Below are positions 45,445 to 48,359 of a DNA stretch of 48,359 bases, piece after piece; the stretch's first letter is position 1; every line of letters begins with the position of its first letter. Under the pieces are notes generated by a model, which was given only the letters and a program-made list of their open reading frames with translations, had not been told where the DNA came from and searched no databases. The stretch lies in the sequence record SRR2962707_2322; one strand, given 5' to 3'. A program made the translations under genes and the position numbers.

Positions 45445-48359
45445 CAGGTTACCTCGGCAACGGACATCCACAACTCGGACAGTTCCGTGTCCAGATCATC
45501 GTAACCCGTGCCATTGTTCTTACGGAACACGCTCTTGTCACACCACGCCTCCAGGGCATCCGGCGTCACCAAATACCATACTCCGGTGGCGCCCCAAAAT
45601 ACGGCGTTACTACCGACGAGAACGCGCGTCAGCAGTTGCTGGGCGCCTTTGGTGCCAAGTTTGATGGATAGATCAGCAAAGAAGCCGGCAGAGACAACCG
45701 CAGCCCTATTGGTAGAGGTCTTCGCCACATGCTCAAAGAACGGCTTGGCAGTGGCAATGGCCAGTAAGGAACTGGCAAGACCCAGGCCAAGCCCGGCAAG
45801 ACCTCGGGCCAGATAGGCGGTAGCCAATGTACCTTGACCGCTCTTTCTTGCACCCCAGAAGTCCCCAAAGTCATACGCCGCCAATACCACCCCACCCACG
45901 GTGCCCATTGAGGCCGCCCACAGTTTGCGGCTGCCTTGAAGGATACGGGCTCCCTCGGCACTGTTCCCCACCGCGGCAGCGCGTTGGGCCGCCGACTCGG
46001 CGGCGCTGGCCATCATCTCCGCCCCACAGGCCGCACCGGCCATCACGGCGGCCATGGCCTCCATGTAAAAACGTTGGTCTTTGGCGCCCACGCTTTCCGC
46101 CTTGAACGCCAGCATCAATACCTCGGCAGCGATCAATACCGACAAGGCGCGTCCATAGCGCACTTCGCTGGCTTTCGGCTGGGTGATAAAACTATCCAGT
46201 CCCGCTTGCGCATTCCGAGCAGCCCCGGTCGCGCTCTGCCGCACCACTTCGGACTCGCGCACCAACTTTTCGACCAGCCGTGGGGCGGTACGCGCGACAG
46301 GGTGCACAGCCGCGCGGGACAACTGCTTGTGCAGTTCCGCATCGAAGGCATAGCGCCCCAGTTGCGCCCGGCTCGCCGTGCCCAGTAATCGGTACAACGC
46401 ACTTTCGCCTTTGCCGGGATGGCCGCTGCCGAACAGATTACGCAACAGCCCCGCCTGCCAGGCGAGTACGCCACTAACGGCCACGCCACTACCTTCCAGC
46501 GAACTAATGGCTGTATCCAGCTTTTCGAACTGTTGGGTGGCCGACTGAACCACCTGAAGCGCGCCGATGGCCACCCAATTGGGCCCTTCGCCCTCGGTAT
46601 CGACCTGCCCTTCCAGCGCCTTGGCCATTTCAATCAGATTGTCTTCCAGCGCTTGATGGTTGTAGGCCATGGCACGCCAACACAGGTTAGCCGGATCCCC
46701 ACTGGGGCCCTGGGCCCACCAGCCATCAATCACGGATCGGCCACTTTCGCAGCCTACCAGGCCATCCACCGCCAACCCCAAGGTCGCGGTAAAACGGGCG
46801 CCGTTCTCCTCATCCGCCTTGTCGTAGGCCTGCAGGGCTCCTTGCAAATAATCGCTTTGCAGCACCGCAATCTGTTCCGGAGCACGGCGGTTCATTTCCG
46901 TCTCTGCCTCGGCACTGTGTTGCAGGAAAGCGGTTTGTACCTGATCCATCTCGCCGGTATTCAGCCGGGACAGATAGTCCTGCTCGAACTCTTCCCGATA
47001 GGCGTTCTGCTGTGCCGGGCTATATTCGGCATTACGGGCCGCGTCAACCGTATCTTGATGCCCTTGTTTAATCCGTTCCCGGCGTCTGGCGAACTGCGCG
47101 GCGTATTTCTCTTCAAAAACACGGTCTCCGTGAACGTGCCGTCGCTGCCGTTCTTCCTCTTCGAGGCGATGCAGCTGATGTTCCACACTGCCGTGGCCGG
47201 CCTCCCAGCGAAGGCTTTCTCGTTGCACCGTCCCCGCCGCCTTCTTCCCCGCATACCCCTCATGCAGTTGTTCGATCTGCTGCTGGATCTGCACTTTCCA
47301 GTCGTTGCTGACGCCGTGTTCGTCTTCTTCTTGAAGCCAATCGTGCAGTGGATCCAGGGCGGCGTTACGCCAGGTGTTCAGGGTCTGGGCGGCGCCGAGG
47401 GCGTCGTTCAGGGCCAGAACGGCGCCGTGGGTGGAGACCGCCTGGGTGACGGTGGTCAGAGTGCCCTTCAGCACACCGACGTTGGCGTACTGAATCAGGC
47501 CCTGGTCATCCGCCAGCCAGGCGGGGGCGAAGGGGTCTTGCGTCAGCGCCTGTTGCAGGGCCGGATTGCCGTCAAGGCACGCCTCGGTCACCGCGTTGCC
47601 GATCTGCTCACCGTGCAGGGTATCAAGCTGGGAGGTTTGGCCTTCGGCCCATTCCTTCGGCGAGAAGGTTTGCCAATAGCCTTTGGCGGTATAGTCGTCG
47701 GCGTTTTCTTCATAATCCGCTTTGCGGGCGTCGGTGAGCGGGTCCGGGGTGAACAACCACCATGAGCGTTCAACGGTCTCCGCTTTTTCGATCTCCACCG
47801 CCAGGGTATTGGGCGTCACGGGTTCGGGCTGGGCCGGTGCTTTTGGCGCCTCACCCTCAAACCGGGTCAGGTCGCCGTTGGGCTTCACCTGATAGTGCTG
47901 CCATTCCTTCCGGCCGCCCCGGTCCAGCAGTACGTACAGATAGCCTGCCCTCAATAATCTCAGTGTCTCCCGGGATTGGGACAATGAGGTGGGAGGAACA
48001 AGTTGTTTCGGCAGTTGAGGCGCGTGCTCGGCCAAGGCCCCCGTGGCCACGGCGTGACGCACAGGCAGAATCGTGAGCGTCAGCGTCTCCATCATTTCCT
48101 GTTCGGTGGTTTCCTCTTCCTCATCTTCCCACTCGACATCCGCCAAACGCTGCGGAGCCAGGGGCGCTTTAGCGGTCAGGGAGGGCGCCAGCCCGGCCAC
48201 TTTTTTTGCCAAGGGAGCGAAGGAGAACAAACCCGCGGGCAAAGCGGGAAGGCTGGTGTTGCCCGATTGCCCGCCTTCCAACGATTTGATCGAGCCTTTT
48301 ACGGTAAAGGTCCCCGGGCAGCGGAAGGTGATGTTGGCGCCGTCGAGGACGATTTCGGT
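45444..48359 (-). CDS. C-terminal part of a VgrG (DUF2345) fused to a VasX/BTH_I2691-like T6SS effector; 5' end outside the window
   Basis: The frame is open to the window edge. TEIVLDGANITFRCPGTFTVKG...LPALP is a DUF2345-type tail. It is followed by ILPVRHA and TLRLLRAGYLYV (VasX N-terminal/MIX-like), a hydrophobic Ala/Gly-rich C-terminus and LEAWCDKSVF. Confidence 0.8.
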   Translation of the reverse strand, partial: TEIVLDGANITFRCPGTFTVKGSIKSLEGGQSGNTSLPALPAGLFSFAPLAKKVAGLAPSLTAKAPLAPQRLADVEWEDEEEETTEQEMMETLTLTILPVRHAVATGALAEHAPQLPKQLVPPTSLSQSRETLRLLRAGYLYVLLDRGGRKEWQHYQVKPNGDLTRFEGEAPKAPAQPEPVTPNTLAVEIEKAETVERSWWLFTPDPLTDARKADYEENADDYTAKGYWQTFSPKEWAEGQTSQLDTLHGEQIGNAVTEACLDGNPALQQALTQDPFAPAWLADDQGLIQYANVGVLKGTLTTVTQAVSTHGAVLALNDALGAAQTLNTWRNAALDPLHDWLQEEDEHGVSNDWKVQIQQQIEQLHEGYAGKKAAGTVQRESLRWEAGHGSVEHQLHRLEEEERQRRHVHGDRVFEEKYAAQFARRRERIKQGHQDTVDAARNAEYSPAQQNAYREEFEQDYLSRLNTGEMDQVQTAFLQHSAEAETEMNRRAPEQIAVLQSDYLQGALQAYDKADEENGARFTATLGLAVDGLVGCESGRSVIDGWWAQGPSGDPANLCWRAMAYNHQALEDNLIEMAKALEGQVDTEGEGPNWVAIGALQVVQSATQQFEKLDTAISSLEGSGVAVSGVLAWQAGLLRNLFGSGHPGKGESALYRLLGTASRAQLGRYAFDAELHKQLSRAAVHPVARTAPRLVEKLVRESEVVRQSATGAARNAQAGLDSFITQPKASEVRYGRALSVLIAAEVLMLAFKAESVGAKDQRFYMEAMAAVMAGAACGAEMMASAAESAAQRAAAVGNSAEGARILQGSRKLWAASMGTVGGVVLAAYDFGDFWGARKSGQGTLATAYLARGLAGLGLGLASSLLAIATAKPFFEHVAKTSTNRAAVVSAGFFADLSIKLGTKGAQQLLTRVLVGSNAVFWGATGVWYLVTPDALEAWCDKSVFRKNNGTGYDDLDTELSELWMSVAEVT

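Noticed and set aside
1-48359. CRISPR array, tRNA/rRNA, integrase or transposase
   Set aside because: No regularly spaced repeats, RNA-gene signatures or recombinase motifs were found by eye.

Overview
GC-rich gammaproteobacterial chromosome segment; gene content suggests Alcanivorax/Alloalcanivorax, which is inference only. From left to right it holds: (1) a sigma54-controlled TRAP transporter plus acetoacetyl-CoA synthetase operon with its PAS-AAA+-Fis activator; (2) a thiolase-like/crotonase/CoA-transferase/GST operon; (3) a DUF815 ATPase; (4) fimX and a shortened fimW-like gene under a near-perfect CRP/Vfr site; (5) the EF-P beta-lysylation locus epmB-efp-epmA; (6) MarR plus a hydrolase; (7) a stand-alone dapA-family gene; (8) a frameshifted PvdQ/QuiP-type acylase with AraC; (9) housekeeping genes yaiL, an OMP, an acyltransferase, parC, parE, yqiA and yjbB; (10) a PAS-LuxR-linked thiolase/acyl-CoA ligase/3-hydroxybutyrate dehydrogenase/TRAP/oxidoreductase cluster; (11) the 3' end of a T6SS locus, with a VgrG (DUF2345) tail fused in frame to a VasX/BTH_I2691-like toxin, followed by a DUF6708-like immunity gene and two membrane-protein genes. 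The most notable signal is a complete leader-peptide attenuator upstream of the dapA-family gene. It has tandem Lys codons and mutually exclusive 1:2, 2:3 and 3:4 hairpins, and the lysine-feedback residues of the downstream enzyme all appear substituted. This suggests ribosome-mediated lysine sensing in place of allostery or a riboswitch. No rRNA, tRNA, CRISPR array or transposase was seen.
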